Below, one piece after another: positions 38,791 to 48,940 of a stretch of 64,000 bases of DNA. Below the pieces are notes generated by a model. That model was not told where the DNA came from. It made no database searches and worked only from the letters and a program-made list of their open reading frames with translations. The position numbers were made by a program, and so were the translations under genes. The stretch comes from Syntrophobacterales bacterium (lineage in GTDB: Bacteria > Desulfobacterota > Desulfobaccia > Desulfobaccales > 0-14-0-80-60-11). The DNA is taken from positions 5,784-69,783 of the forward strand of contig JAILZL010000008.1 in NCBI GenBank assembly GCA_023512475.1, in the 5' to 3' direction. Each line of letters begins with the position of its first letter. Within the stretch, counting starts at the first letter, position 1.

Positions 38791-38821
38791 TTGTCTCCCG
38801 ACCCCCGCCGGGGTATATAAT
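38791..38821 (+). promoter_or_regulatory. sigma-70-type promoter (TTGTCT-17-TATATAAT) upstream of gatC
   Basis: TTGTCT at 38791-38796, TATATAAT at 38814-38821. Shares an exact 16-mer with the nuo promoter. About 170 nt precede the gatC ATG. Confidence 0.45.
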
Positions 38822-38989
38822 GTGGGCGGCGGCACCATCGGGGGGACGGGCCGGCAGTCGGCGGCCGTCCCGCGCCGGCCTCTCCCCCGCCCTCAGAGGT
38901 GGGGAGGGGGCTCTGAGAGCGGGGGCGGGGGCAGGCGGCTCCCGGGCGCGTCCTTGCCGCCGGGCTGCATTTCACCCTGAGGAGAGCCG

Positions 38990-39274
38990 ATGGCCATCAG
39001 TCCGGAAGAGGTTCTGCATGTGGCTTCCCTGGCGCGCCTGACTTTGGCGCCGGAGGAGGTGGGGCTCTTCACCCGGCAGCTGGGGGAGATCCTTGCCTAT
39101 GTAAATAAGCTGGCGGAGGTGGATACCGCCGGCGTGACGCCCATGACCCATGTGTTGCCCGAACCCGAGGCCTTCCGGGAGGACCGGGTGAGCGACAGCC
39201 TGCCCCGGGAGGAGGCCCTGACCAACGCCCCGGCCCGGGAAGAGGGCGCCTTTGTGGTGCCCCGGGTGATCTAA
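38990..39274 (+). CDS. gatC: Asp-tRNA(Asn)/Glu-tRNA(Gln) amidotransferase subunit C
   Basis: 94 aa. VLHVASLARLTL.PEEV......L..IL.YV..L.EVDT. Confidence 0.9.
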   Translation: MAISPEEVLHVASLARLTLAPEEVGLFTRQLGEILAYVNKLAEVDTAGVTPMTHVLPEPEAFREDRVSDSLPREEALTNAPAREEGAFVVPRVI

Positions 39275-39348
39275 CCGCCGGAAAGGGCCCCTTTTTCCGG
39301 GGCGGCTCCGGGTGGCGCCGGGCCCCCGACCCTGAATGATAGAAGGTT

Positions 39349-40818
39349 GTGGCTGTGATGAGTGATGAATTGTGCCGCCTCAGCCTCACCGACCTGAGCC
39401 GGCGGCTTCAGGCCGGGGAAGTCTCCCCGATGGAGGTGACCGAGGCGTTTCTCTCCCGCATCGAGCGGCTGGATGGCAGTCTCCGGGCCTATCTTACCGT
39501 GGACGCCCGGGGCGCCCGGGAACAGGCCCGGGCCGCCCAGGCCCGCCTGGCCAGAGGGGAAGGCGGTCCCCTCACCGGCATCCCCCTGGCCCTCAAGGAT
39601 ATTCTGGCCACCCGGGGCCTGCGCACCACCTGCGCCTCTCAGATGCTGGCCGCCTTCGTGCCGCCGTATGACGCCACCGTGGTAGCCCGCCTGAGGGAGG
39701 CGGGGGCGGTGTTTCTGGGCAAGGTGAACCTGGATGAGTTCGCCATGGGTTCCTCCACGGAGACCTCCGCCTTCGGCCCCACCCACAACCCCTGGCAGCG
39801 GGACTGCACGCCCGGCGGCTCCAGCGGCGGCTCTGCCGCGGCGGTGGCGGCGGATCTGTGCACCGCCTCGTTGGGCTCGGACACCGGCGGCTCCATCCGC
39901 CAGCCCGCGTCGCACTGCGGGGTGGTGGGGCTGAAGCCCACCTACGGCCGGGTGTCCCGTTTCGGTCTCATCGCCTACGCCTCCTCCCTGGACCAGATCG
40001 GGCCCCTCACCAAGGAGGTGCGGGACGCGGCCCTGCTCCTTTCCGCCATCGCCGGCCATGACCCTAAGGACTCCACCTCCCTGCGGGCTCCGGTGCCCGA
40101 CTACCCCGCGGCCTTGGGCCGGGAGATCGCCGGCCTCACCGTGGGCGTGCCCCGGGAGTACCTGGGCGAGGGCGTGGATCCGGAGGTCCAGGAGGCAGTC
40201 CGCCGGGCGCTCGCCACCCTGGAGGGCCTGGGCGCCCGGCTGGCGGAGGTGAGCCTGCCCCACACGGAATATGCCGTGGCCGCCTACTACCTCATCGCCA
40301 CCGCCGAGGCCTCCTCCAACCTGGCCCGGTACGACGGGGTGAAGTACGGGCTCCGGGTGGCCGGGAAAAATCTCCTGGAGACCTATCTTCGGACCCGCAC
40401 CCAGGGTTTCGGGCCGGAGGTGCGCCGCCGCATCATGCTGGGCACCTACGCCCTGTCTGCCGGCTACTACGAGGCCTACTACCGCAAGGCCTCCCAGGTC
40501 CGGGCCCTCATCCGGCGGGATTTTGACGCGGCCTTTGCCACCTGTGACGTGCTGGCCGGGCCGGTGGCCCCCACCCCGGCCTTCCGGCTGGGGGAGAAGC
40601 TGGCCGACCCCCTCACCATGTATCTCTCGGACATCTTCACCATTCCGGTGAACCTGGCGGGGTTGCCGGCCATCTCCGTGCCCTGCGGCTTCAGCCGCGC
40701 CGGCCTCCCCATCGGTCTCCAGATCCTGGGCCCGCCGCTGGGGGATGAGGTGGTGCTGCAAACGGCCTACGCCTTTGAGCAGGCCACGGACTTTCACCGG
40801 CACAAGCCGCCCCTGTGA
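39349..40818 (+). CDS. gatA: Asp-tRNA(Asn)/Glu-tRNA(Gln) amidotransferase subunit A
   Basis: Amidase signature [13 protein letters not shown]...[12 protein letters not shown]. Start is GTG 39349 or ATG 39358. Confidence 0.95.
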   Translation: MAVMSDELCRLSLTDLSRRLQAGEVSPMEVTEAFLSRIERLDGSLRAYLTVDARGAREQARAAQARLARGEGGPLTGIPLALKDILATRGLRTTCASQMLAAFVPPYDATVVARLREAGAVFLGKVNLDEFAMGSSTETSAFGPTHNPWQRDCTPGGSSGGSAAAVAADLCTASLGSDTGGSIRQPASHCGVVGLKPTYGRVSRFGLIAYASSLDQIGPLTKEVRDAALLLSAIAGHDPKDSTSLRAPVPDYPAALGREIAGLTVGVPREYLGEGVDPEVQEAVRRALATLEGLGARLAEVSLPHTEYAVAAYYLIATAEASSNLARYDGVKYGLRVAGKNLLETYLRTRTQGFGPEVRRRIMLGTYALSAGYYEAYYRKASQVRALIRRDFDAAFATCDVLAGPVAPTPAFRLGEKLADPLTMYLSDIFTIPVNLAGLPAISVPCGFSRAGLPIGLQILGPPLGDEVVLQTAYAFEQATDFHRHKPPL

Positions 40819-40997
40819 GGGGAGGAACACCGGAGGGGAGGGCGGTGAACCAGGCGCCTTTGCCCCTTCATCCGGGCGGGGAGTCCGGGGGGAGGCCAGG
40901 GACGGCGCCTCACCCCCCGGTCTTTCCCCCCTCAATCTCAGCCTGCGGCTCAGCCTGCCTCTGAGGCCCCACGGCGTCATCGGAGGAAGGGAGGGTC

Positions 40998-42332
40998 ATG
41001 AAGAAACGGTGTGTGGTGTATCTGCTGATGGTCTCCCTGGCCCTGGCGGGGCCGGCGCCGGCCGCGGCCGAGGAGGGGGCCCGTCGCCTCAGTCTCCAGG
41101 AGGCCATGGAGACGGCCCTGAAACAGAACCCCCAGGTGACCCAGTATCGGGAGCTCATGGCCGCGGCCAAGGAAGGCATCAGCATCTCCCGGTCGGCCTA
41201 TTTCCCCCAGTTGAGTTTCCGGGGCGACTTTTTCTACGGCACCGCCTTCTCCTCGGGCTCCGCCGGCGCGGCCTTTCAGGGCGGCACCGCCCCCGGCACC
41301 GCCCGGCCGCTGTCCCTCACCAACAACCCCCGGGACTTTTATATCTACCGCTTTTCCCTGAACCAGCTGTTGTATGACTTCGGCAAGACTCCGGGGCAGG
41401 TGGCGGAGGCCACCGCCTCCTACAAGGCCTCCCAGGAGGACTACGCCGCCGCCCGCCAGCAGGTGATCCTGGACACCCGCACCGCCTATTTCAATTATCT
41501 GGCCGCCCGCCGGGCGGTGAAGGTGGAGGAGCAGAATGTCCGCCAGAACCAGGAGCTCCTCAAACAGGCCCGGGGCTTTTATCAGGTGGGGCTGAGGGCC
41601 AAGATCGACGTCACCAAGGCGGAGGCCAATCTCTATCAGGCGGAGTCCGAGCTCATCCGGGCCAAAAACGCCGCAGAGGTGGCCCGGGTGGAACTGATGA
41701 AGGCCCTGGGGCTGAAATCCTGGCCCTACAGTGACGTGGAGGACGTGCTGGAGGTCTCCCCCCGGCACCTGGACCTGGAGGATCTCCGCTCCCAGGCCCT
41801 GCGGCAGCGGCCGGAGCTTTTGCGCAACCGGGCCCAGCAGCAGCGGGACCAGGCCTCCCTCAAGGTGGCCCAGGCGGGTTTCTTCCCCACCCTGTCCTCC
41901 AACTCCGCCTACGGCTGGCAGGGGAGCGGCTATCCCCTGGATGACAACTGGTGGCTGGGGCTGGGGATGAGCTTCCCTCTGTTTGAAGGGGGCCGCACCC
42001 TGCATCAGGTGCGGCAGGCCAAGGCCCAGCTGCGGGCCACCCTGGCCAACGCCGACCTCCTCACCCTGGAGGTGATGAAGGAGGTGGAGCAGAACTACCT
42101 GGACCTGAAGGCCGCCTGGGAGGTCATCCGCTCCAGCAAAAAGGCCCGGGAGGCGGCGGAAGAGAACCTGCGCCTGGCCTGGGGGCGCTACCGGGCCGGG
42201 GTGGGCAACATCATCGAGGTCACCGACGCCCAGACCCAGTTCGCCCGGGCCGACCTGGAGTACGTCCGGGCCCTCCTCAATTACCGCATCGTGGAGGCGA
42301 GACTGGACAAGGCGGTGGGCAAGACCTTCTGA
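40998..42332 (+). CDS. TolC-family outer-membrane efflux protein
   Basis: 444 aa. Signal peptide, and two repeated OEP halves with the typical Q/A/L-rich coiled segments (LSLQEAMETALKQNPQV...). Confidence 0.85.
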   Translation: MKKRCVVYLLMVSLALAGPAPAAAEEGARRLSLQEAMETALKQNPQVTQYRELMAAAKEGISISRSAYFPQLSFRGDFFYGTAFSSGSAGAAFQGGTAPGTARPLSLTNNPRDFYIYRFSLNQLLYDFGKTPGQVAEATASYKASQEDYAAARQQVILDTRTAYFNYLAARRAVKVEEQNVRQNQELLKQARGFYQVGLRAKIDVTKAEANLYQAESELIRAKNAAEVARVELMKALGLKSWPYSDVEDVLEVSPRHLDLEDLRSQALRQRPELLRNRAQQQRDQASLKVAQAGFFPTLSSNSAYGWQGSGYPLDDNWWLGLGMSFPLFEGGRTLHQVRQAKAQLRATLANADLLTLEVMKEVEQNYLDLKAAWEVIRSSKKAREAAEENLRLAWGRYRAGVGNIIEVTDAQTQFARADLEYVRALLNYRIVEARLDKAVGKTF

Positions 42333-42447
42333 GCGGGGGTCAGACCGCCCCGCCCCTTGGGCGCCCGGCCTGCCGGGAAGCGGCTTCGGACCGTCGCCTC
42401 CCCCACGGGGGGTGGGCGTTGACTCCCTTTTGGGCGCAAAAAACGAC

Positions 42448-42476
42448 TTGACAGACCGAGGAAAATCCATTAAACA
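42448..42476 (+). promoter_or_regulatory. candidate promoter of tRNA-Gly (TTGACA-17-TAAACA)
   Basis: TTGACA at 42448-42453, 17-nt spacer, TAAACA at 42471-42476. Lies 11 nt upstream of the tRNA 5' end. Confidence 0.45.
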
Positions 42477-42487
42477 AATAGATGGAA

Positions 42488-42563
42488 GCGGGCATAGCTC
42501 AGTTGGTAGAGTACAAGCTTCCCAAGCTTGGTGTCGCGGGTTCGAATCCCGTTGCCCGCTCCA
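42488..42563 (+). tRNA. tRNA-Gly (anticodon CCC), CCA encoded
   Basis: Hand-folded cloverleaf. Acceptor GCGGGCA/TGCCCGC, D arm GCTC-AGTTGGTA-GAGT, anticodon arm CAAGC-TTCCCAA-GCTTG, T arm GCGGG-TTCGAAT-CCCGT, discriminator T, then CCA. Confidence 0.9.
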
Positions 42564-42711
42564 TTCCCGGAATATTCGGGAACCCGCTTCCCCCAGCGAG
42601 GGGGCCGGCGCCAACGTCAGGGGCGAGCCGCCGGCCTGCTTTGCGGGCGGAGAATGACGCGACTCTGGGGACGCCCCGAGATTAGTTGCAATCTTGGATT
42701 TTCCCGGAAGT

Positions 42712-42732
42712 GGGCCGCGGCCCGCTTTTTTT
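42712..42732 (+). terminator. intrinsic terminator downstream of tRNA-Gly
   Basis: GGGCCGCGGCCC palindrome followed by GCTTTTTTT. Confidence 0.6.
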
Positions 42733-42763
42733 ATTGGACCGCCGCCCGGGGAGACCTAAAGCC

Positions 42764-43129
42764 GTGCAGACGGTGGACATTTTCCTGGTGCTGCTGGGGG
42801 TGGTGGCAGGCGCATTCAGCGGCCTGATCGGGGTCGGGGGCGGGGTCATTATCGTGCCGGCCCTGGTCTTCCTCCTGGGGATGTCTCAGCACGAGGCCCA
42901 GGGCACCACCCTGGCGCTTTTGGTGCCGCCCATCGGCCTGCTGGCCGCCTGGACCTACTGGCGGGAAGGCTACGTGAACCTCCACTATGCCGCCCTCATC
43001 TGCCTGGGCTTTTTCGTGGGCGGCCTGGCGGGGGCGAAGTTCGCCAATTATTTGAGCAATCTGGCTCTGGAACGGATTTTCGGGGTGGCCATGCTGTTCA
43101 TCGCCCTGAAGATGATTTTGGCCAAATGA
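42764..43129 (+). CDS. TauE/SafE (DUF81) family membrane protein, short half-size form
   Basis: ORF 42686..43129 trimmed to GTG 42764, because the upstream part contains the terminator. GLIGVGGGVIIVPALVFLLG and LAGAKFANYL motifs. ATGA overlap with rimP. Confidence 0.7.
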   Translation: MQTVDIFLVLLGVVAGAFSGLIGVGGGVIIVPALVFLLGMSQHEAQGTTLALLVPPIGLLAAWTYWREGYVNLHYAALICLGFFVGGLAGAKFANYLSNLALERIFGVAMLFIALKMILAK

Positions 43130-43620
43130 CGGGGTGGCAGGCCGTGCCGACAGCCGCGCCCCCGGAAGAGATCGCCGCCCAGGTGGAGGAACTCATCACC
43201 CCGTATGTCACCGCCCGGGGGCTGGAGGTGGTGGAGGTGGAATATCACCGTCCCGCGAGGGGCCGGGCCACCTTGCGCATCTATCTGGACCGCCCCGGCA
43301 CCGGCGGCATCACCCTGGACGAGATCACCCGCATGAGCCGGGTGATCGGGGAGCTGTTGGACGTCCACGACCCCATCGGGCCCTCCTACACCCTGGAGGT
43401 CTCCTCGCCGGGGCTCACCCGGGAGCTCAAGGGGCCCCGGGATTATGCCCGCTACGCCGGCCGCAAGGTGCGTCTCACCAGCCGCCGGCCGGTGGACGGC
43501 CGCCAGGTGCACCGGGGCATCCTCAAGGGCCTGGAGGGGGACGAGGTGGTGGTGGAGGTGAAAGGCGCCCTGGTGCGCCTGCCCCTGGAGGACATCGCCA
43601 AGGCCCGCCTGGACCTGTAG
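43126..43620 (+). CDS. rimP: ribosome maturation factor RimP
   Basis: LEVVEVEY......LRIYLD.PGG.ITLDE......I..LLD..DPI...YTLEVSSPG pattern. Upstream of nusA. Confidence 0.9.
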   Translation: MTGWQAVPTAAPPEEIAAQVEELITPYVTARGLEVVEVEYHRPARGRATLRIYLDRPGTGGITLDEITRMSRVIGELLDVHDPIGPSYTLEVSSPGLTRELKGPRDYARYAGRKVRLTSRRPVDGRQVHRGILKGLEGDEVVVEVKGALVRLPLEDIAKARLDL

Positions 43621-43799
43621 ACTCAGGGGTGGGAGACGGGCCCCCGCCCGCGGCTCCCCCGGGCAAGACGCCGGGGAGTCGAATTCCCCCGGGGCGGGAA
43701 CAGCCCCGGTGTCCCCGGGGGCACCGGAAAAAGAGAGAGTTGGTGCTGCCGGCGGGCTGACGGCCCGAGGCAGCCGGTCAAGGAGGACAGACACGCACC

Positions 43800-45086
43800 A
43801 TGAATCTGGAATTGAGGCGCCTCATCGATCAAGTGAGCCGCGACAAAGGCATTGACAAAGAGCTGCTCATCAGCGCCATCAAGGACGCGGTGCGTTCAGC
43901 GGCCCGGAAGAAATACGGCCCCAAGCTGGATATCGAGGTGGACTACAAGGACGACACCGGCGAGATCGAGGTGTTCCAATACAAGGAGGTGGTGGAGGAG
44001 GTCACCGACCCCCTCACCCAGGTGTCCCTGGAGGAAGGCCGCAAAATCGATCCCGAATGCGAGGCGGGGGATCAGCTGGGCTTCAAGATGGACGCCAGCC
44101 AGTTCGGGCGCATCGCCGCCCAGTCCGCCAAGCAGGTCATCATGCAGCGCATGAAGGACGCCGAGCGGGATCTGGTCTACGAGGACTTCAAGGACCGCAA
44201 GGGCGAGATCATCAACGGCATCGTGCAGCGGCTGGACCAGGACGGCATCATCGTCAACCTGGGGCGCACCGAGGCGGTGCTGCCGCCATCGGAGCAGGTG
44301 CCCAAGGAGATCTACCACAAGGGCGAGCGCATCCGGGCCTATATCCTGGATGTGAAGCGCCAGAGCAAGGGGCCGCAGATCATTCTCTCCCGGACGCACC
44401 CCAACTTCCTGGTGGCCCTGTTTGAGGCCGAAGTGCCGGAGATCGCCGACGGGACGGTGCAGATCCTGGCCTGCGCCCGGGAACCGGGCAGCCGCTCCAA
44501 GATCGCGGTGGCCTCCCGGGACTCCGATGTGGACCCGGTGGGTGCCTGCGTGGGCCTCAAGGGCTCCCGGGTGCAGAACATCGTCCAGGAGCTTCGGGGC
44601 GAGAAGATCGACATCATTCCCTGGAGCCCGGATGTGGCCCGCTTCGCCACCAACGCCCTGCAGCCGGCGGAGGTGAGCCGCATCATCCTCAACCAGGCCA
44701 CCCAAACCATGGAGGTCATTGTCCCGGATGACCAGCTCTCCCTGGCCATCGGCAAGCGGGGGCAGAACGTCCGCCTGGCCTCCAAACTGGTGGGCTGGAA
44801 GATCGATGTGAAAACGGAGTCCAAATACTCCAAGTCCCTGAAAGACGGCTACCTCTCCCTCCTGCGCATCCCGGGGGTGGGGGAGATCACGGCCAGCGTG
44901 CTCCACGATGCGGGCTACACCTCGGCCAAGGAGGTGGCGGAGAGCACCGTGGAGGACCTGATGGCGGCCACCGGGCTGCATGAGAAGAAGGCGGCCAGCC
45001 TCATCGAGGCGGCCCGGGAACTGATGGGCGAGAAAGCGGCCGAAACCGCCGACACCACGGCGGAGGCGGAAACCACGTCGCCGTAA
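43800..45086 (+). CDS. nusA: transcription termination/antitermination factor NusA
   Basis: 428 aa. N-terminal domain, S1 and two KH domains (SRDSDVDPVGACVGLKGSRVQ, AIGKRGQNVRLA), C-terminal HhH region. Confidence 0.95.
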   Translation: MNLELRRLIDQVSRDKGIDKELLISAIKDAVRSAARKKYGPKLDIEVDYKDDTGEIEVFQYKEVVEEVTDPLTQVSLEEGRKIDPECEAGDQLGFKMDASQFGRIAAQSAKQVIMQRMKDAERDLVYEDFKDRKGEIINGIVQRLDQDGIIVNLGRTEAVLPPSEQVPKEIYHKGERIRAYILDVKRQSKGPQIILSRTHPNFLVALFEAEVPEIADGTVQILACAREPGSRSKIAVASRDSDVDPVGACVGLKGSRVQNIVQELRGEKIDIIPWSPDVARFATNALQPAEVSRIILNQATQTMEVIVPDDQLSLAIGKRGQNVRLASKLVGWKIDVKTESKYSKSLKDGYLSLLRIPGVGEITASVLHDAGYTSAKEVAESTVEDLMAATGLHEKKAASLIEAARELMGEKAAETADTTAEAETTSP

Positions 45087-45126
45087 GGCCGGCGGCGGAT
45101 ATCAGTGTGGGGGTTGAGCGGACTGT

Positions 45127-47937
45127 ATGGCGGAGACCAGGGTTTATAAGCTTGCGAAAGATCTCAAGATTGAAGTCCGGGAGCTGATCCAGCGGCTGCG
45201 GGAGGACTTCGGTCTGGAGGTGGGGAATAATCCGTACAGCACCATCGATGAGGCCACCAGCGAGCGGGTGCGTCAGCTTCTCACCCAGATGACGCCTCAG
45301 GTGGAGGAGACCCGCATCGGCGAGAACGTCAAACGGCGCCGCCGGGTGGCCCCGGTGGTGCCGCGGCCGGCGGCGCCGCCGGCGGAGGCGGAAGCCAAGG
45401 CGGCCGCCCCGCTGACGCCCGTGGGCGTAGCTCCGGAAGCCCCCCGACCCGTCCCGGACCTCCCCCGGTCCCCCCGGCCGCGGCGGGAGTCCCGGGCCAG
45501 GGTGGTGACTCTGCCGGTGAAGGAAAAGCCCGCCCCCGCGCCGGCGTCGCCTCCGGAGGAGGTGGCTCCGATCCCGGTGGCCGAGGCCGTGCCTCCGGTG
45601 GAGGCCATCCCGGAGGCCCCCGCGGTGGAGCCCCCGGTGACGGCCCTGGAGACCCCCCCGGCTCCGGAGCTGGCCGCCCCGCCCCTCGAGGCTGCGGTTT
45701 CCCCCACACCCGCGGCCCCGGCGGAGCCGGCGGCGCCCGTCCCCAAGCGGCCCAAGCTCAAGACCCGGAAGAAGGAGACGCCCGCCCGGATCATCAGCCT
45801 GCCCCCGGAGCCGCCCAAGGTGACGGTGCCCCCCGTGCGTCCGGCGGCGTCCCCCGCCGCCGAAGCCCCCGCGGGCCCGGGCCGGGTGACCGGGGAGGTC
45901 AAGCCGCTGGTGGTGCCGGAGAAAAAACCCGCCGAAGTCCCCAAACCCAAGAAGGCCGTCAAGGGCAAGCGCACCGAAGTGGTGGAGATCCCCAAGGCCG
46001 GCAAGGCCGGCAAAAAGCGGGAGGTGCGGGAGCGGGACACTCTCTATGCCGAGGGGGAGATCCGCCTGCCCGGCAAAAAGAAGGGCCTGAAAAAGGCGGT
46101 GAAGAAGGTCTCCCGGGCCGAGCTCACCGTGCCCAAGGCCATCAAGCGGCGCATCAAGGTGGGGGAGTCCATCACCGTGGGCGATCTGGCCAAGCGCATG
46201 GGCATCAAATCCGGGGAGGTCATCAAGCAGCTCCTGAAGATGGGCCTCATGGCCACCATCAACCATCCCATAGACTTTGACGCCGCGGTGCTGGTGGCCA
46301 GCGAGTTCGGCTTTGAGGTGGAGCGGGCCACCCCCCAGGAAGAGGACCTGCTGGCCCAGGCGGCGGCGGTGGCGGAAGGCACCGCCGTGGTGCCCCGGCC
46401 GCCGGTGGTCACCATCATGGGCCACGTGGATCACGGCAAGACCTCGCTTCTGGACGCCATCCGCAAGAGCCGGGTCATCGAGACGGAAGCCGGCGGCATC
46501 ACCCAGCACATCGGCGCCTATCACGTGAAGCTCCCCGAGGACAAAGGCGAGGTGGTCTTCCTGGACACCCCCGGCCATGAAGCCTTCACCGCCATGCGGG
46601 CCCGGGGCGCCCAGGTCACCGACCTGGTGGTCCTGGTGGTGGCCGCGGACGACGGCGTCATGGAGCAGACCCAGGAGGCCATCAACCACGCCAAAGCCGC
46701 CCATGTGCCCGTGGTGGTGGCGGTGAACAAGATCGACAAGCCCGGGGCCAACCCCGAGCGGGTGAAACGGGAGCTGGCCAACCTGGGCATCGTCCCGGAG
46801 GAGTGGGGCGGCGACGTCTTGTTCTCCGAGGTCTCCGCCAAGCAGCGCCTCGGCATTGAGGATCTTTTGGAGAAGATCCTCCTCCAGGCCGAGATCCTGG
46901 ACCTGAAGGCGCCGGTGGACTGCCCGGCCCAGGGCCGGATCGTGGAGTCCCGGCTGGACAAGGGCCGGGGCCCGGTGGGCACGGTGCTGGTGCTCAAGGG
47001 CACCTTGAAGCAGGGGGACTACTTCGTCTGCGGCACCCAGTACGGCCGGGTGCGGGCCATGTTCGACGACCGGGGCAACCGGGTGGAGGAAGCCACCCCG
47101 GGGCTGCCGGTGGAGGTCCAGGGCTTCAGCGGCGTGCCCGAAGCCGGGGATGAGTTCCAGGTCCTGGAAGACGAGCGCAAGGCCAAGCAGATCGCCATGA
47201 TGCGCCAGCAGAAGCAGCGGGAGGCGGCCCTGGCCAAGCTGAGCCGCGTCAGCCTGGAGAAGCTCTACCAGCAGATCAAGGAAGGCACCGTCAAGGAGCT
47301 GAAGCTGGTGCTCAAGGCGGACGTCATGGGCTCCATCGAGGCCCTCACCAAGGCCCTCTCGGAGCTGGGCAACGAAGAGATCAAGGTCAACCTCATCCAC
47401 ACCGGCATCGGCGAGGTGAGCGAAAGCGACATCATGCTGGCCTCCGCCTCCGACGCCATTGTGGTGGGCTTCAACGTCAAGGCCAATCCCAAGGCTCAGG
47501 CCCTGGCGGAGCAGGAGCACGTGGACGTGCGCTTCTATGACATCATCTACAACCTGCTCCACGATGTCCAGGCCGCCCTGGAGGGCATGCTGGAGCCGGT
47601 GGTGGAGGAGCGGGTGCTGGGCACCGCCGAGGTCCGGGCCGTGTTCACCATCAGCAAGGTGGGCACCGTGGCCGGCTGCATGGTCACCGACGGCAAGGTG
47701 GAAAGAAATGCCCTGGCCCGGGTGAAGCGGGGCGGCGAGGTGCTGGTGGAAGGCGCCAAGGTCAATTCCCTGAAGCGCTTCAAGGAAGACGTGAAGGAAG
47801 TGCAGGCCGGCTATGAGTGCGGCCTCGGTCTGGACCGCTTCTCCGACTTCCAGCCGGGGGATGTGATCGAGGTCTATGTCCAGGAAAAGGTCAAGGCCGA
47901 GCTTCCCGGGCCCTCCCGGGGCGAAGCCCGGGAATGA
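45127..47937 (+). CDS. infB: translation initiation factor IF-2
   Basis: 936 aa. Pro/Ala-rich N-terminal region and G domain (IMGHVDHGKTSLLD, DTPGHEAF, NKID). Confidence 0.95.
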   Translation: MAETRVYKLAKDLKIEVRELIQRLREDFGLEVGNNPYSTIDEATSERVRQLLTQMTPQVEETRIGENVKRRRRVAPVVPRPAAPPAEAEAKAAAPLTPVGVAPEAPRPVPDLPRSPRPRRESRARVVTLPVKEKPAPAPASPPEEVAPIPVAEAVPPVEAIPEAPAVEPPVTALETPPAPELAAPPLEAAVSPTPAAPAEPAAPVPKRPKLKTRKKETPARIISLPPEPPKVTVPPVRPAASPAAEAPAGPGRVTGEVKPLVVPEKKPAEVPKPKKAVKGKRTEVVEIPKAGKAGKKREVRERDTLYAEGEIRLPGKKKGLKKAVKKVSRAELTVPKAIKRRIKVGESITVGDLAKRMGIKSGEVIKQLLKMGLMATINHPIDFDAAVLVASEFGFEVERATPQEEDLLAQAAAVAEGTAVVPRPPVVTIMGHVDHGKTSLLDAIRKSRVIETEAGGITQHIGAYHVKLPEDKGEVVFLDTPGHEAFTAMRARGAQVTDLVVLVVAADDGVMEQTQEAINHAKAAHVPVVVAVNKIDKPGANPERVKRELANLGIVPEEWGGDVLFSEVSAKQRLGIEDLLEKILLQAEILDLKAPVDCPAQGRIVESRLDKGRGPVGTVLVLKGTLKQGDYFVCGTQYGRVRAMFDDRGNRVEEATPGLPVEVQGFSGVPEAGDEFQVLEDERKAKQIAMMRQQKQREAALAKLSRVSLEKLYQQIKEGTVKELKLVLKADVMGSIEALTKALSELGNEEIKVNLIHTGIGEVSESDIMLASASDAIVVGFNVKANPKAQALAEQEHVDVRFYDIIYNLLHDVQAALEGMLEPVVEERVLGTAEVRAVFTISKVGTVAGCMVTDGKVERNALARVKRGGEVLVEGAKVNSLKRFKEDVKEVQAGYECGLGLDRFSDFQPGDVIEVYVQEKVKAELPGPSRGEARE

Positions 47938-48041
47938 CAGCGCCGGGTCCACGGTTTCGAGCCGGGGCGGGGGACTTATCCCTGCCGCGGGAGATCGGCA
48001 CCGGGAACCGTGAACATCAGGCACAAGGAGCGTAGCGACCC

Positions 48042-48335
48042 ATGGTGGTGGCCGCGGCGCAGCTCACCCTGCATCTGCCCGAGAATCATTCCCTCAAGGG
48101 CAAGCGCAAGGTGCTGAAAAGTCTCCTGGACAAGGTGCGGCACCGCTTCGAGGCCGCGGTGGCGGAGGTGGACGACCACGACCTGTGGCAGAAGGCCCGG
48201 GTGGGGGTGGCCCTGGTGGGGAACGACGCCACCCTCCTCACCACCCGGCTGGAGCAGATCATGCGCTTTGTGGAAGAGCAGCACCTGGCGGAGATTGTGG
48301 ACTCCCAGGTGGAGCTCTGTTACCTGGAATCCTGA
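48042..48335 (+). CDS. DUF503 domain protein (YlxP-like)
   Basis: 97 aa. L.L.LP...SLKGKR.VLKSL.DK.R.RF...VAEVD..D.W pattern. Conserved position between infB and rbfA. Confidence 0.8.
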   Translation: MVVAAAQLTLHLPENHSLKGKRKVLKSLLDKVRHRFEAAVAEVDDHDLWQKARVGVALVGNDATLLTTRLEQIMRFVEEQHLAEIVDSQVELCYLES

Positions 48336-48703
48336 TGCGCCGCTCCTCCCCCGTCAAACGGCCGGTGCGGGTGGCCGAGCTCCTCCGGGAGACCCTGGCC
48401 ACCATTCTCCTGACCAAGTGCGCCGACCCCCGGCTGAGGGAGCTCACCCTGACCGAGGTGGAGATGACCCCGGACCTGAAGCAGGCCCGGGTGTATTATG
48501 TGGTGCGGGAGAGCGCCGACCGGCGGCAGGTGCTGGCCGCCCTGCACAAGGCCATGGGGTTCATCCGGGGGGAGGTGGCCAAGGCCCACATCCTTCGGAC
48601 CATGCCGGAGTTTCATTTCCTGCCGGATGAGGCCCTGGACCGGGCCGCCCGCCTGGAGGCCCTGTTCCAGGAGCTGGACAAAGGGGAGGCCGGGAAAGAT
48701 TAA
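48335..48703 (+). CDS. rbfA: ribosome-binding factor A
   Basis: ORF 48185..48703 trimmed to ATG 48335 (TGATG overlap). RVAELLRETLATIL......DPRL..LTLTEVEMTPDLK.ARVY. Confidence 0.9.
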   Translation: MRRSSPVKRPVRVAELLRETLATILLTKCADPRLRELTLTEVEMTPDLKQARVYYVVRESADRRQVLAALHKAMGFIRGEVAKAHILRTMPEFHFLPDEALDRAARLEALFQELDKGEAGKD

Positions 48704-48940
48704 AACCACCGGGGAGAGGAATGCCGCCGCCTCCTCGGAGCCCGGAAACCTCGGGAACCGGCCGGGGTGGTCGCAATCCCGGCTCCCAGGGACCGAAACC
48801 CGGCGAAACACGGGGGCAAGGCCGGCGCTGCCGCCTGGCTCCCCCTTGAGGCGGCAATGCCTGGAGTCCGACGGTCTGGTCGCCCAACAGGCGCCGCGCG
48901 GCAAACCTGTGCGGCCCGGGAACCGGGATTGATGAGGTAA

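Noticed and set aside
39271-42614. 569-aa (39271-40980) and 545-aa (40977-42614) minus-strand ORFs
   Set aside because: They are antisense to gatA and to the TolC-family gene. The second also runs through the tRNA-Gly gene, and both products are low-complexity.
42488-43130. tRNA-Gly as an integration site for a genomic island or prophage
   Set aside because: No integrase, no direct repeat of the tRNA 3' end, and the downstream genes (TauE, rimP-nusA-infB) are core genes of normal composition.
45001-48024. 1007-aa minus-strand ORF
   Set aside because: It is antisense to infB (an unambiguous IF-2 with G-domain motifs). The product is low-complexity and the ORF is a composition artefact.
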